A stretch of DNA of 64,000 bases. Origin: Tubulanus polymorphus. Its lineage: Eukaryota; Animalia; Nemertea. The stretch lies in contig NC_134035.1 of NCBI RefSeq assembly GCF_964204645.1, positions 7,596,451-7,660,450 on the forward strand, given 5' to 3'. Numbering within the stretch: position 1 is the first letter of the stretch; each line of letters opens with the position of its first letter. Made by a program: the position numbers and the translations under genes. A model generated the notes under the pieces. That model was not told where the DNA came from. It did not search any database and saw only the letters and a program-made list of their open reading frames with translations. Positions 38,901-52,145 of the stretch are shown piece by piece.

Positions 38901-39369
38901 TTTATTTGAGTACATGTAAAATTGCATCGTTTTCATAATATCTGTTTAGAATCGAGTTGCGGTGATCCTGAGGGTGGCGTTGGTGTTACGAGAATTGACG
39001 CCAATCCGCTTATTTTCCACGACGGGAAGGAAAGGGCAGTCGTTACTTACAAATGTTCATCAAGTGATTCGGTTTTACTGAGTGGCGACTTGCAACGTAT
39101 ATGTCAGGCGGACGGCACGTTTTCTGGAAGCGCCCCTGTATGCGGTGTCGGTAAGTTCCCAATCAATTTCCTCGAATCTATTGCATATTGCTAATTCTGT
39201 GACAAGAACGACACGTATATCACCGGCTATATACGAGCGATTTGCAGCAGGCAACAGGCATTGAAACTGCTGGAAATCGCTGGTGAAAACCAGCCTTCGA
39301 GACTGGGCTATACTACGTGTACCACGATTTTAATTCCTGGTTCCATTTTCTTTTTCAGTCGAAGCATAA
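23926..39369 (+). CDS. Paralog B: secreted multidomain astacin metalloprotease, ~36 exons; same architecture as A but ending CCP-CCP-kringle-CCP
   Basis: Spliced by hand. Signal peptide MVPTTTIRLFVLVSSLVNNAVT (exons 23926-23948, 24044-24113), furin site RQKR, zinc motif [19 protein letters not shown], Met-turn SVMQY. Module exons are phase 1. The last exon 39359-39369 gives VEA-stop. Confidence 0.92.
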
Positions 39370-39684
39370 ATCTTGCGGTGTTTGTCAACAGAATAGCCGA
39401 TGAAAAATAATCAGTAATTTGTCTCGAATCAATTTCGAAAATGACTGTACTATCAATATATATAAGCATGCATTACATATATATAGGCTTTCGAGTTATT
39501 TCTATGAAGGGTATTTTCGTATCATTCGTACGTGGCATTCGATCGGAACATTTGGCGCGGACGTGGCGCGACGCATCTTCACCCGTCAAGGGATTCGAAC
39601 CCACTACGCTAAAGCTAATAGTACAATAACCACACTCAAACGTGGTGAACAGATTATAAGATAAAAACACACTATAAAAATAAT

Positions 39685-40770
39685 GATATCTATTTCTTAT
39701 ATACCGTGCTCCGAATATATTTCAGCGCGGTTTACAATTATACAAGGCTATAAAAACAAATTAGAACAGTCAATCAAAATATTGCCTAAAAAGAAAAGTT
39801 TTCAGCTCAGTTCTAATAGTAACTACATCACTGCATAATCTTATTCTAAAAGGTAAAGCATTCCATAAGGTTGGAGCTGCTGAGGCAAAGGCCATAAAAT
39901 TGGGTGTTAAATGAGACAGAATTTAGTAAAATCGAATCAGTGGATCGTAAGGATCTGGTAGGAGTATATAGTGTGATTAGATCACAAATGTAACTTGGTG
40001 CCAAATCATTCAATACTTTAAAAAACCATGAGCAGAACTTTGAAATCAATGCGTTTAGAGACTGGAAGTCAGTGTAGCTCAGCAAGTATTGGAGTAATCG
40101 AGTCAAACTTTTTTGATCTTGTGACAAGTCGGGCAGCAGAGTTTTGGATATAAGCTGCAACTTTTTGATATTGTACCGACTTGTACCAAGTAACAGACTA
40201 TTGCAGTAATCAAGTCTAGGAGTTATAAAACAATGAACTAATCTTTCCGTGATTGGATTATTTAAAAAATGTCTTATTTTGCCTATTTTGTAAAGACCAA
40301 AAAGAAGCTGTCTTGCAGACTTGTTTAACATGATGATCTATGGTCATATTGATGTCAAAATACGCACCCAGATTCCGTACCACTTTGCTGGGATGTATTG
40401 CACAATCTCCGATTTGTATAGACTCTAAAAACTCTGATCTACTTTTGCTTTGAAATTTTGAGGTAAAAACCATTAATTCAGACGTAATCATGACGAAATA
40501 GTAAATTTGCTTTCATCCAACTACTCATCTCATCTCATCTACACAACGTTCAATAGATTGAACAATTAAAGTGATTCTCTTGCAAACAACATAGAGTTGT
40601 GTATCGTCAGCAAAAAACATATAGATTCAACCATGTTCCTCAATTATATCCGCGAGAGGAGCCGTACATAATGTAAAAGGCACTGCTCCAAGTACCGAAC
40701 CTTGGGGCACACCGCAAACTCGATTAAAAATTGAAGATGACTGCCCGTTGAAAACCACTTGGTGGGTATA
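39685..40770 (-). mobile_element. 5'-truncated, frameshifted L2-clade LINE
   Basis: GVPQGSVLG, FADDTQLY, VRNLGAYFD, RLDYCNSLL and APSYICDL occur across frames. L2-like 3' end AGCACGGTATATAAG...ATTATT. Confidence 0.88.
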
Positions 40771-40860
40771 CGTTTCGACAAAAATGTACAAATAATGTAC
40801 AAATTGAAAGAATTCTAAAATCGAAAATTCATTTATTTAAACAATCAAAAATTATAAAAT

Positions 40861-40902
40861 ACACGATGTTTCGAACTCATCCTAGAGATCATCGTCATAG
40901 TG
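40861..40902 (-). ncRNA. Decayed Penelope-type hammerhead motif
   Basis: CAC-T-ATGACGA-T-GATCTC-TAGGAT-GAGTTC-GAAA-CA-TC-GTG, with core C3 mutated. Followed by an AT-rich tract with AATAAA. Confidence 0.5.
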
Positions 40903-41317
40903 ATCTTATCATACGCTTGTCATCTTATCATATCAGCCCCTTGATCTCGCAACTCGTTAGAGTCTCAACAAGCCGACCGGAATCCAGTCGGGCCAATCAC
41001 AGCGCTTGTAACAAACGTCATTAGGCTTTTGTTGGATTTCCCGTTAAATGGACCAATCAGCGATGAACGTTTTACCGAACTAGGAAGTATTTCGCAAGTC
41101 GTTATTATGACGTAATGCACAAAAGCGCCTGTAATGAACTCACGCATTGTGAGGCCAGGGGGCTGGTGGAAGCGAGTTCGGGGACCGATACCGGACCCCT
41201 GACAACCGAGGATGGGTCCGACGTTTTTGGTCGGGCCAAACATACATGGGTACATTTGGCACCCGTTTGAACAGTTTGTTGTTCCGGGCAAAAAATGCTC
41301 CCAAAAATGATCGCAGT

Positions 41318-42868
41318 TTATATGTTTTTCTTGGAGTCGTGTTTCGGCGAAGATCCACCGATAACACGTTTACAAATACTCGATAGCAAACACACCAGCA
41401 ACGCCAGTGCGACCACAACCGCTACCGTCAAGAACGCGTAGATATCGAACATGAGAAACTGAAAACTGGTCATGTTATGAGCGGCCGTTTTCAGATGATC
41501 AGAACCGAACAGAATTACGTGTTCGATCCAATAGGCCGCGTGGTCGGCAGGGTGTGGTTGAGACTTGAATATTCGCGATGCTTTACTGACGGCCGTCTTG
41601 TACGTCGGGTCGTCCACTAGTTTGTTGATTTTCGTTATCAGTTCGTTGACGTTCAGACGTCTGAAATCGACCTTCAACCCGAAACCTTTGGCGACGATTC
41701 TGTAGGCATTGTACGGCTGGTCGCCTTGAATCGGAACTCCCAGCATCGGTACGCCGTGATAGATTGCCTCCGTTTGCCCGTTACTGCCGCAATGAGTTAC
41801 GAATACCTTCGTATTCTTGTGCGCCAGGAGGTCATTCTGCGGTAACCACTTGGAAACCATTACATTATCGGGTAGTTTAACGCGTTCGAGTTCGCCGTTT
41901 GGAATGTACCTCCATACGACTCGTTGTTTCAGCTTGGAGAATGCTTCGATGAAAACTCGAGCGTACTCGGGCGGCAGCTCGGACAGCATCGACCCGAACG
42001 AAACTACGACCACGCCTCTTTTAGCGCCGACAACAAAATCTTCGAACTCTTTCGGTAACGGTTTGCCGGGTTTAGCGTTCAAACCACCGGCGTATACAAC
42101 GTTAGGCATTCCCGGACGTGGGCAATCGACGATGTGGTTTTGATTGAGAATGTGAAGAGCGGCCGTGCGCTGTACGTCGAACAGCGACTTGTACGGTTTT
42201 TCCGGCGCGTAATTCATGAATTTCGATTCGGTTACGAACCAGCCGGGCACGTGCTCGGCTACGATACTTGTAACAAACATCTCTAGTCGTTTTAGGAACG
42301 TGTTCTCGTGTGCCACGTGACACGGATCTACTCCGAGCAGCGGATGAAGCCGTGTCAAGTATGAGTAAGTCGGCGTGCCTACTGCCGCGAACGGGATGTT
42401 GTACTTATACGGTATCAAAGCGTAACAAAAGAACAGCCCGTCGGTAAGGGCAAAATCGAACTTCATTTCTAGAATTTTTTCGATAAGTTCTTTGTTGTAA
42501 AGCGTATGCTGACAATCGTAATCGATTCGCGGTCTGACGACCTCTTCGAGAACCATTTCTGGTCGTTTGAGCAGCACTTCAGACATGTGCATGTCAAAAG
42601 CTATAGGATCCACGAATGATGCGTTCGGCGACTCGTACTGCAAGATCTTCATGCCAGACTCTGTAATCTGCGGCGGTTTCGGAATGTGTTTGTCCAACAC
42701 TATGTGTACCTCGTGTCCGCGCCTGACCAACGCGGCGCCGACGCCGCCGAATTCGCTAAGATGTCCGCTGACTTGCATCGTGAATATTACTATTTTCGCA
42801 GAGCTGGCCAAATGAATCGCCATTAACAGCGACAAACCTACATAAACCAATCGCATTTTCAAGGCCAT
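41318..42868 (-). CDS. UDP-glucuronosyl/glucosyltransferase (GT1), intronless CDS, ER membrane type
   Basis: Signal peptide, catalytic His (SGH) and UGT signature WLPQNDLLAH...FVTHCGSNG..EAIYHGVPMLGVP..GDQ. C-terminal TM and KKNI dilysine motif. Confidence 0.97.
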   Translation of the reverse strand: MALKMRLVYVGLSLLMAIHLASSAKIVIFTMQVSGHLSEFGGVGAALVRRGHEVHIVLDKHIPKPPQITESGMKILQYESPNASFVDPIAFDMHMSEVLLKRPEMVLEEVVRPRIDYDCQHTLYNKELIEKILEMKFDFALTDGLFFCYALIPYKYNIPFAAVGTPTYSYLTRLHPLLGVDPCHVAHENTFLKRLEMFVTSIVAEHVPGWFVTESKFMNYAPEKPYKSLFDVQRTAALHILNQNHIVDCPRPGMPNVVYAGGLNAKPGKPLPKEFEDFVVGAKRGVVVVSFGSMLSELPPEYARVFIEAFSKLKQRVVWRYIPNGELERVKLPDNVMVSKWLPQNDLLAHKNTKVFVTHCGSNGQTEAIYHGVPMLGVPIQGDQPYNAYRIVAKGFGLKVDFRRLNVNELITKINKLVDDPTYKTAVSKASRIFKSQPHPADHAAYWIEHVILFGSDHLKTAAHNMTSFQFLMFDIYAFLTVAVVVALALLVCLLSSICKRVIGGSSPKHDSKKNI

Positions 42869-43398
42869 CTCGTCTGTAATAAATCAAAAGAAATCATACG
42901 TATCAACGTACACCGACCATTAAGACTTCACAACGTGTAAACTACGATCTACCAAAATATATTCGTTTCGACCAGTTGTTTGTACTAAGTTAAGTTCAAG
43001 GAACCAGTTTTTGTCAAGAAGAAAACGTAAACCTATAGGGACACCCGATAAAATCACGAGTTGCCCTTCGATTCACCTTTTGTGATTGACATATATTCGA
43101 TAAGAGTTTAATACAAATTCTTAAGAGAAATACAAACCGGTTGCCTTTCACGAATATACGTGAAATAGCTGACGTTATTTTGTGTCAATAATGCGAATAG
43201 AAAAAAAATGCAATGTCGCTTGTAACTATAGAGCCGACAGTGTAGATTAGGCCTGAGCACACACTGAATCGAATAAAGCATTTGCGCGCAGTGCTTATAA
43301 TACCTGTCTTCATCCGGGATAAAAAAAACAGCTATTGTATGAATATATACATAATGCTGTAGAATCATTACGACAAGATATAGAAGGATCAGAAAATA

Positions 43399-43589
<191 letters not shown>

Positions 43590-43739
43590 TCGTTATAATA
43601 TGGAGTATGGGTTTCATAGAACGAGGTTACAAATTCGTTCGGGTTAAACTCAAACTGGTCTATAAATCTTCCCATCGACCGTTTAAGGTTTAACAGTATA
43701 TATGCCACATGTGATAAGTATACACAGAGACGTACGTAC

Positions 43740-43793
43740 CTTGTTGTCCTCAGTGAAACGCGATACGTAGGTAAATCATCTGCCTTATATAAA
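43740..43793 (-). promoter_or_regulatory. Predicted UGT promoter and tiny non-coding first exon
   Basis: On the minus strand: TATATAA (43785-43791), TTCACT initiator ~30 nt downstream, donor AAG|GTACGT at 43739, and acceptor TTTATTACAG 5 nt before the ATG (exon resumes at 42873). Confidence 0.6.
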
Positions 43794-44475
43794 GGATAAA
43801 TCGTATTAAAACCGTATCAAACACGGGACACTCAGAAATCGACGAGCAAAATTAACAAACAACGTTACATACACACACACAACATGTCGACCTGATTTAC
43901 AAAAAGAACGGCCGATCGAAACCGACAGCGATCTAAAGTAGCTAGATTGGATCGCAAACAAATAAAGCCGCGCGCACGCACCATCTGTCGCATTTGTTGT
44001 ATGGAAAGCTTTTCCGGTGCATTTTATTCCTCAAACGTGCATTTTTCTGGGTTTTTTTGTTCGATTTACGTTCGAAAGCGTTGAATAAGTCAAACGGTTG
44101 TAAGAGGGAAGATGACGTGCATGTACGGTAGCTGATTCGGGCCATGTTTCAAAAGCGATCACACGCGTCGCTCGCTCGGTTCTTCTCAGCGAAACCTTAC
44201 AAAATTCGTGTCGGCAAGAAATCCGCAAGGCAAAACGAGTGAAATTGTTTTAACGCGCGACAAACGATTTATTTTTACATTTTTCCCATTCAATGTGATT
44301 TTGAAAACATATGAATATATATATGTATACATATGGTACACGAACACAAGCTAAAATTTATCACAAAACTCATGAGTACTTTTTGGGCCAACCTTTGTTT
44401 TACTAATTAAAACAAAATTATGTTTTAATCTGGAATATTTGCATTTCCGTCATTTCTGTAAATAAATGACCTTTT

Positions 44476-44531
<56 letters not shown>
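44476..44531. repeat. (TCAA)n microsatellite, flanked by a ~45-bp direct repeat (44330-44378, 44606-44657)
   Basis: Direct reading. Confidence 0.95.
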
Positions 44532-44980
44532 CACAATCTTCTTAATTTTGCTGCAAACCTAGTTCGGTGTTTTATTCTCACGGAGCGAGGGGTATCATGA
44601 ATAAACATATGGTACACGAACATCTTATGCTAAAATTTATCACAAAACTCATGAGTAAGATGAATACAAACAATCTCCAGTTTGAGAACAGTTAACCAAA
44701 AAATGATGAACAAACCCAAAATTGATGATATGTAAATCTATATAACCATTGATAAAACACTATATCTGTGTTTTGGCGATAATATAATGAGAATCCCACA
44801 AAAATAACTACAAAATAAAGTCCGGAAATGTTCTCTAATGACCCTTACTAATTCATCGAAACATTTTCGGGCTTTTTTTTTTCGTTATTAATGCTTTTTA
44901 TATGGATATAAGTCGAGAAAACAAAAACAATTTGGCATCAAATATATATTTAGTCTATGTAATTATATACCACGTTAAGT

Positions 44981-47900
44981 TTAGGGTTTGCTTTTATCGT
45001 CTGGTTCTACTGTTTCCATTTCCTCATTTTCTACCAGCGTCGTGACGTCATCGATTTTCTGTTGACCGTGTTCATCTTTAGTCTCCGGCAGAGGGAGCAA
45101 TGCGGCAGTTGCGATAAAACCCGCGCTACCCATAATTACCCCAGGTAACCACCACACCTCGTGCGCCTGAAGTTCAGAATATATAAAAAGAGTTATTCGG
45201 TAGAATTTAGTAATTTTGATACTTTTAATATTTCTTGATTTACTTTATCGATTAGAAATTGAAATAATGCAGTTTCAAAAAATACTCACAAGGAACTCCA
45301 TAAATATTGATATAATAGAACCTATACGACCAGCAGAACATGTGATTCCCAGACCTCGATTTCTAAAAAAAAGATTACATCAATTTTCATTCCCCTCTGA
45401 TTGAATTGAAAATTTTTTTCCAATCGAAACAATCAGTTAATTCCTGTACGGTGTCATACATCAATTCAAGGGTTTACATGAATTGAATGTCGGTGAATGT
45501 TTTTTTCTTGCCTGAAATTTGTCGGGAACAATTCACTGACGTAAACAAACGCTCCCGCATAAGGTGCGACCACTGCGAATCTACCAATAGAATTCAGAGT
45601 CATCACAAGCGGTAACAAATCCGTCGTACCTGTCAATCGAAATACTTTTAGTGTTAGAATTTGTATGGGACGATGTTGTTTAGATACAAGAAGAAGTTTT
45701 CTCGCCTGAGACTTACCTACTTGCGATGGTATAAATGTACTGGCGATGAGCATTATTCCAGCCACGGTAAGAAGAGTGCCTAAAACCGGGCGTCTGCCAT
45801 AACTGAAATTTGTTTTTCATTTATAAAAAAGTTTCAAAGAATAAGTATGCTACAAAATAAATGCGTCTTCTTTCAGCGCACATTAGTTGTTCAGACAGCC
45901 ATGGCCGTTTCTTCATCAAAACAGATCGTCCTCGCTTGCCAAAATTTGATTGCCTCTCAAAGGAGCTAGTTCGCGTGAGCTTCGGTGGAAGGCGAAGAAA
46001 ACCTGTGTAAACGAGGATAACGTTAAACCGATAATAAGCGTCAAACGAGACATGTTGGTCTAATGGAACGAAAAATCGTTCTTCTTAATCGGTAAATTTT
46101 CAAAGTGTTTGCCGTACTTCTGTGTTCACGATATTCTCATCTGTTTAGGTTTATCAGATTCACAAGTTACATCATTTCCTACGCGTGCGCGAACTCTATT
46201 ATAACAATTGGAGAGCCGCCGCATAATTTCACCCCGGAGAAATGAAATTAATTATAAGTGGAGCTTTGCAGAGCACTGTGTGCTATCTGGGCGAACGTCG
46301 GATATCGGAGATAGTCGACTAACGTCGAACTAATTGAAACTGACTGTACAGTAAGTAGGAGTTCTAGTCCTGAAATGGTCGACCATGGGATTGATATCGG
46401 TCGCTGTAGTTCGGACCTAGTTTTAAGATTGCCGAAACAATGAAATACGTTACGACCAAACTAGAGAGCGGTCGGTTATTCGCTACGACCATTACGAACT
46501 GTTGCCTGTCGAATTCTGAGTCTAGACTGGTTGCCTGTCCAATCGATCACTTAAATGCAAGTTAGACCGCACGCTCCTCTCCGCAACTGAAGCACCTCGC
46601 CAGAATGGAGAACCCGGAGACGTCCAGATCATCACATGATCGATAAAGGAGTGAAATCGTAGGGTTAATGACAAATGTCATCGATACCGTCTCCGGATTT
46701 GTTCGCACTTATAGTTTCTTCGGGTTCAAGAAATTGCCTTCCGATAGCCGAGATCAGCGCTACTAGTGATCAAAATAATCGGGACAACTTACTGGTTCAA
46801 TGCATAGTAGGAGAAGATGTAGCCCGGTATCTCGACGGCAGCGCCGATAAAATAGTTCAAAAATCGACCACCTCTCATCAAGGGTGTAGTCAGTACCATC
46901 CCAAAATACATGAACGCCGTAGCAAACCTAAAAACAAATTGATGCGAACACGATAGACACGTAGAGGACACACACATATTCATCCAACAAGTGTCAAATT
47001 GGTGATTTTAACAACTTGTACTTGAATTACGGTTGAGTCGCCGATTGAAACGGCCATACGTTACACCCAAAGCCTTAAGGATTTTAATATTACACAATTC
47101 GTTGCTAAAAAGGGGGCTCAAGTCCATTATAGCATTAAATAGTTCCAGCAGAGACTTATCACAATGGACTGGTATTTGGAATTAATCCGCCAATATTGGA
47201 CTGATTGAATCTTACGACATTACGCCATAGGGACGTGCGAACATACCGACATACCGACAAACCGACATACCGACAAACCGACGAACCGACATACCGACAA
47301 ACCGACGAACCGACATACCGACAAACCGACATACCGATGAACCGGCATACCGACGAACCGACATACCGACGAACCGACAAATATGTGGATTACCCTTGTA
47401 TACAGTGGCTAGGATCGAGGGACAGGGTTTTTCCGTGGATTACCCGTGGCTGGATCGAGGGCTTAGAGTATTCGGTTTGTCGGTTTGTCGGCTTGTCGGT
47501 TTGACGGTTTGTCGGTTTGTCGGTTTGTTATGGCGGCTGATAAGGGCCATCGTAAAAAAAACACGAATAAGCAAATGAGGGCGACATTACGACAAAACTA
47601 AAATTACGCAACAAAACAATAATTTTGGTTTTGTCGCCCGCGACATTTCATTATTTTTGTTTTGTCGCCCGCGACGATTCAATATTCTGGTTTTGTCGCC
47701 CGCGACAATTCATTTTTTTTGGTTTTGTACGGAAGCGATAAGGGGCCTCGAGATGTCGCGTTCCAAATCGACAAGTCGTCATATTTATGTCGACATACCG
47801 CGATATATCGCATCAAGTCGACATGAATATGTCGATATATCGTGACGTTTTGACGACATATTTCGTTTTCTCGACCACTTTCCTCGTGACAAGTCGACAT

Positions 47901-50900
47901 ATTCATGACGACTTACAACTCAGTCGTCATATTACTGGTGTCCTCATCTTACATTTAGACATGTCTTCAAATGACGGCTTGTCCCGTGGGAAATGGGCAA
48001 AAAAGCGAAATTTGTTGCGAAAACGTCACGATATGTCGACATATTCATGTCGACTTGACGCGATATATCGCGATATGTCGACATAAATATAGCGACTTGT
48101 CGAGTTTGAACGCGACAACTCGAGGCCCTTTATCGCTTCCGTACATATGGAATGTTAGGGTTCAAGTAGAATGATCCCAAATGCTGGGGCACAATAATAG
48201 TATTCGGTAGATGGTCGATGTACTAAATAGGTCATTCGCATCAATACTTTGTCACGATTGATTTGCGGCATGCGACAAAACAAAAATATTGAATTGTTGC
48301 GGGTGACATAACCAAAATAATGAATTGTCGCGGGTGACAAAACAAAAATATTGAATTGTCGCGGGCGACAAAACAAAAATATCGAATTGTCGCGGGCGAC
48401 AAAACAAAAATATCGAATTGTCGCGGGCGACAAAACCAAAATAACGTATTGTCGCGGGCGACAAAACCAAAATAATGTATTGTCGCGGGCGACAAAACAA
48501 AAATATTGAATTGTAGCGGGCGACAAAACCAAAATAATGAAATGTCGCGGGCGACAAAACCAAAATTATTGTTTTGTCGCGTTATTTTAGTTTTGTCGTT
48601 TTGTCGTAATGTGCACTAATTTGCATATTCGTGTTTTTTTTACGCATGGCCCTTATCAGCCACCATAGTTTGTCGGTTTGTCTCGAAAAATACGCAGCCA
48701 AATTACTCCTTTTCTAAAAATGTATCTTAGAGCGGGGAACTATTCCACGCTATACTGGACTTGACTAAAAGGGGATAGATAGGCAAACCCTATTCTAAGA
48801 TTAAAAATATACTCTAAATTTCTTAGTCTTCAACTAAAGACCGTGCATCCAGGAATAAATTCTTTCCATAATGATAAAAATTCAGATGTTGTGTCTGTTG
48901 TTGGATGTTTCAAAATTCTTTTGGTTTTTTCATTTTGGGTTTGACCATCTATACAGTCTTCATTTACGAAACCTTGTGGATTGCTCTCTATAAAGAGAAG
49001 CTTTCTTTTTTCTTACCAGATGACTGGTGAAAGCAATATGCGTATTCTCAGTTTAGGATTCCTCAATACATCCAGTACAGTAATTTTGTAATTCTGAGGG
49101 CACGCATCCCGCCTGGTGTACAAGGCGTCCTTGATATCTTGTAACTTCTTCTTCATTTTCGTAGCCCGACTTGAATCTAAAGGAATTATGCGGATTGAAT
49201 GGATTAATGAGTTTCTGTGTAGTGTAGTGTAGTGTATTGTAGTGTTTATTTGACAGTTGTCTAACAGTCTTTTCTTGAAAAATTATCCGTCGATACATTC
49301 CGAGGGAGTAAACGGAGCCCCGAGGTTCACTCGGCGCAGTGAGGGATTGAGTTTGAACAGTGGTCTCCGTCCATCAGGATTCTTAGTGGCAGCTAGACAG
49401 TTCTCTGTTCTCCCTCATCAACAGGGGAAAAGTGGCATCCACTAAAACTGGCGCGCTCAGCGGGTTGGGGAGTAAAAAGTGTCCACGCTCTACAATGGGT
49501 GTCGTAATCAACTCGAATTCGACATACTCTTGGACCGCTTGGACGTTTTAGACTCCATAGATCAACGCTCACCTTTTTCGTCTGTCGTTGGTGGACTGCC
49601 GTTTTCTAAGTCTTGGCAAGTTTGGTTCCCTGGATTGGTGGGTTTACTGCCACACGGTTCGCTAGCCTCGATAAACTTCAACAGATGTTCCGGTATCTCT
49701 ACTTTATTTCGGCGGGCGGCTTTTCTCAGAATTTCGGCGGCTTCGATTCCTCTCGATTTGCAAACCAACCACTGCACTGACTCGTCAAGTAAACTGCGTG
49801 AAAATTTGGAAAACACTATTCGCAAAAGTATTCTCCAAATGGAAGTCAATTTTTATTGTTTAAATATCTCCACGACGAGTGGTAGTTTCAAAAATTCAGA
49901 CGTGGACTGATGAAGGCTTACCAGATATCAAGAATAATGAGGGCACATTTGGCCGCCCCGAGGAACTGTAAATGACGCCAGTCGTGTAGTAAATATGCGA
50001 ATAAACCATTCAGAAGAAGGCCAATACTCCACATGACGAATACAAATGCTGCCACGAACGGGCCCTGTGAAGCTGGGAACGATTCATACGCTAAAACAAA
50101 ACCGACGTTGAACGCGCCCTAGAAATAAGTTTGAAATTATTTAGAAATAACTGGTGTAGGAAGGAATTCCCGTTAACCTTGACACGTCAAAGAGGGAAAC
50201 CGTTTTATATTTGGCCATTGTAATCGGCTTCAAAATTTGATTTCAATTCTAGCATAGAGAACGCAAGGTGGCAGGAACAAGTTCAATCTGTTGCCTTTCC
50301 AGCGTTCGTCACAAACGCTATCATTTTAAAATCAAATGTAATTTGCATTCAAATAGGATTTTCGAAAGAGGATTTCATTGCTATATTTTCAACCTTTCGT
50401 CTTGCAAATAATACCGTTAAATCTTCTTCTAGCTGGAAAAAGCTAATGAAAAGGGAAATAAGAAAACGAAATTCTAACGCGTACCATAGCGAAAACACCA
50501 GTAAACCCGCGTAGTACGATGAATAGGACTGGTTGACCGGGAATCGTACCGAGTCCGTGTGTCAGTGCCGCTAAAAGTCCGGGTACAATCACCGAGTATT
50601 TACGACCTGTAGCGTCTGACCAGGCCGAAAAAATTATACTGCCGAATAACGTCCCGATATAAAACATAATCTTCGCCAACAGATTCATATATTTTGCATC
50701 GCACACCCACGAAAACTACAACAGAAACATTCATTTTTCACATTAAATTGACTTGACTCATTTTTCATCTATTGTCTGTTTTTTTTGTTGTTTTTGTTGA
50801 TCTCGCGACCGAGCGGTTTATGTCTCATGGATTAAAGCCTTAAGGCTCCTCGGTGATCCCCTCCAAGATTCTGTAAAAACTTTCGTCTCAAAATCGAGGT

Positions 50901-52145
50901 TGTATTATATTGAATCAATGAGAACTTAATATCATATATTATCTTCGTACATTAACGCAGAAGCTGTCGGTCACTTCGAATGACCGTTTTCGCAATCCAG
51001 ATCAGTGTAGAAAGAATCAAAATAATCTGCCCTGCTCTGCCTTCAAATCAATCATTCGTCGATAAGAAACCGTTAACTTTCGATTTATATCGAAATCTCT
51101 AGAATTGTATTCGAATCATATCGATTTAAACCTCGGAATAAATAAAACCCATACAAAATATTCATGTTTAGTTAGACACAGCTGTACAACAAAAGCGTGG
51201 TCGGAAATCAGGTAAATACGAAGGTGACTACCGTACATGACTTCCATCACATCGATACTAATCATTTCTTTAATATCAATTCAGTTATTTCCATGAAATC
51301 ACAGTTCACATTTTCGAACTTTACTTATGAACACTCAAGTTTCATGTTGATTTAAATAGAAAACCGCAAATAAAAAAGACATTCCATGATGATCAAAAAC
51401 GTTTACTTACCGTTCAGACATGCGGGACATTTTATTTTCATGAAATTGAACTCAGATTTTTACCTCTTCAGTAAACGTGTAATAATTTCCTCGATCGAAT
51501 TCGTATCCGTTTTGGCATTTAACCGTGTTACTAAGAGTAACATTGCCAACTATCTCGTATTGGTAGCATTGTTCATAAACAAGTTTTCCGTCTTTCAAAA
51601 TCGAAGGGATGCTTTCATTTTTCAACGCGTTCGCCGGCAGAGCGCAAGTATGTGGTGGAATCCATCCTAGGAATCAAATGGATGATATTTATTCGGTGTA
51701 TTTTTTATTGATTGAGTATTCGATGGAAAGGAGAATTTATTCGTATCCCTGAGAAAACCCTATTTTACATCTTTAAGCCATCGGCGTAAATATTCATCTT
51801 GTTCGAATAAAATCTTAATTATTTGAAGACATTGAATGTATAACCTTCAGACTCTCGTAAAAAATTCAAAACTTGACTTAATCCGACAAGTTGATATTGA
51901 GATTATAGTAACGCTTGAAAAGCGATGATTTCTTTTTAAAATAACGAAAACAAGAGTGAAAATGTAACATGTCAACAAGAATGAAAATTTCTTAACGGCA
52001 ATTGATAATGTATCATACCTTGAAATACTATGCTCAGGAACGAAAACGGAACGGCCACATACACAAATATTCCAACCCAAATGAGTTGTCCCATCTGCCA
52101 TAGTCCATATTTACCAAGATGACTTAATGCTTCTTCCACCTCCAT
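44981..52145 (-). CDS. SLC22-family (organic cation/anion) MFS transporter, multi-exon, apparently intact
   Basis: MEVEEALSHLGKYGLWQ start, Cys-containing first loop, FSWVCD, WSDATGRK, DWRHLQ, LDESVQWL, YGRRPV, VSELFPTNFRNRGLG and LPETK. The exons join in phase; stop at 44981-44983. Confidence 0.92.
47233..48682. mobile_element. Three nested foldback/MITE elements in an SLC22 intron
   Basis: Outer: ACCGAC arrays (47243-47380) inverted to 47472-47528 and 48668-48681. Middle: 47529-48667, TIR TATGG(C/T)GGCTGATAAGGGCCAT with ~30-bp TTGTCGCCCGCGACAA arrays. Inner: 47728-48143, ~140-bp TIR starting TACGGAAGCGATAA. Confidence 0.85.

Noticed and set aside
43285-43325. Possible fourth hammerhead-like motif (CGGATGAAGACAG...CTG)
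   Set aside because: The core and GAAA strand are too degenerate to support.
47159-48563. Repetitive ORFs (CRYVGSSV, VLSPATI, YRQTDEPT)
   Set aside because: Translations of foldback-element subterminal arrays.
48270-48570. ~30-bp periodic repeats as a possible CRISPR array
   Set aside because: The intervening bases are near-identical rather than unique spacers, and the array is mirrored in the opposite TIR arm.
48795-48950. Possible SLC22 loop exon
   Set aside because: It hits an in-frame stop; the exon at ~49018-49177 supplies the expected sequence in phase.
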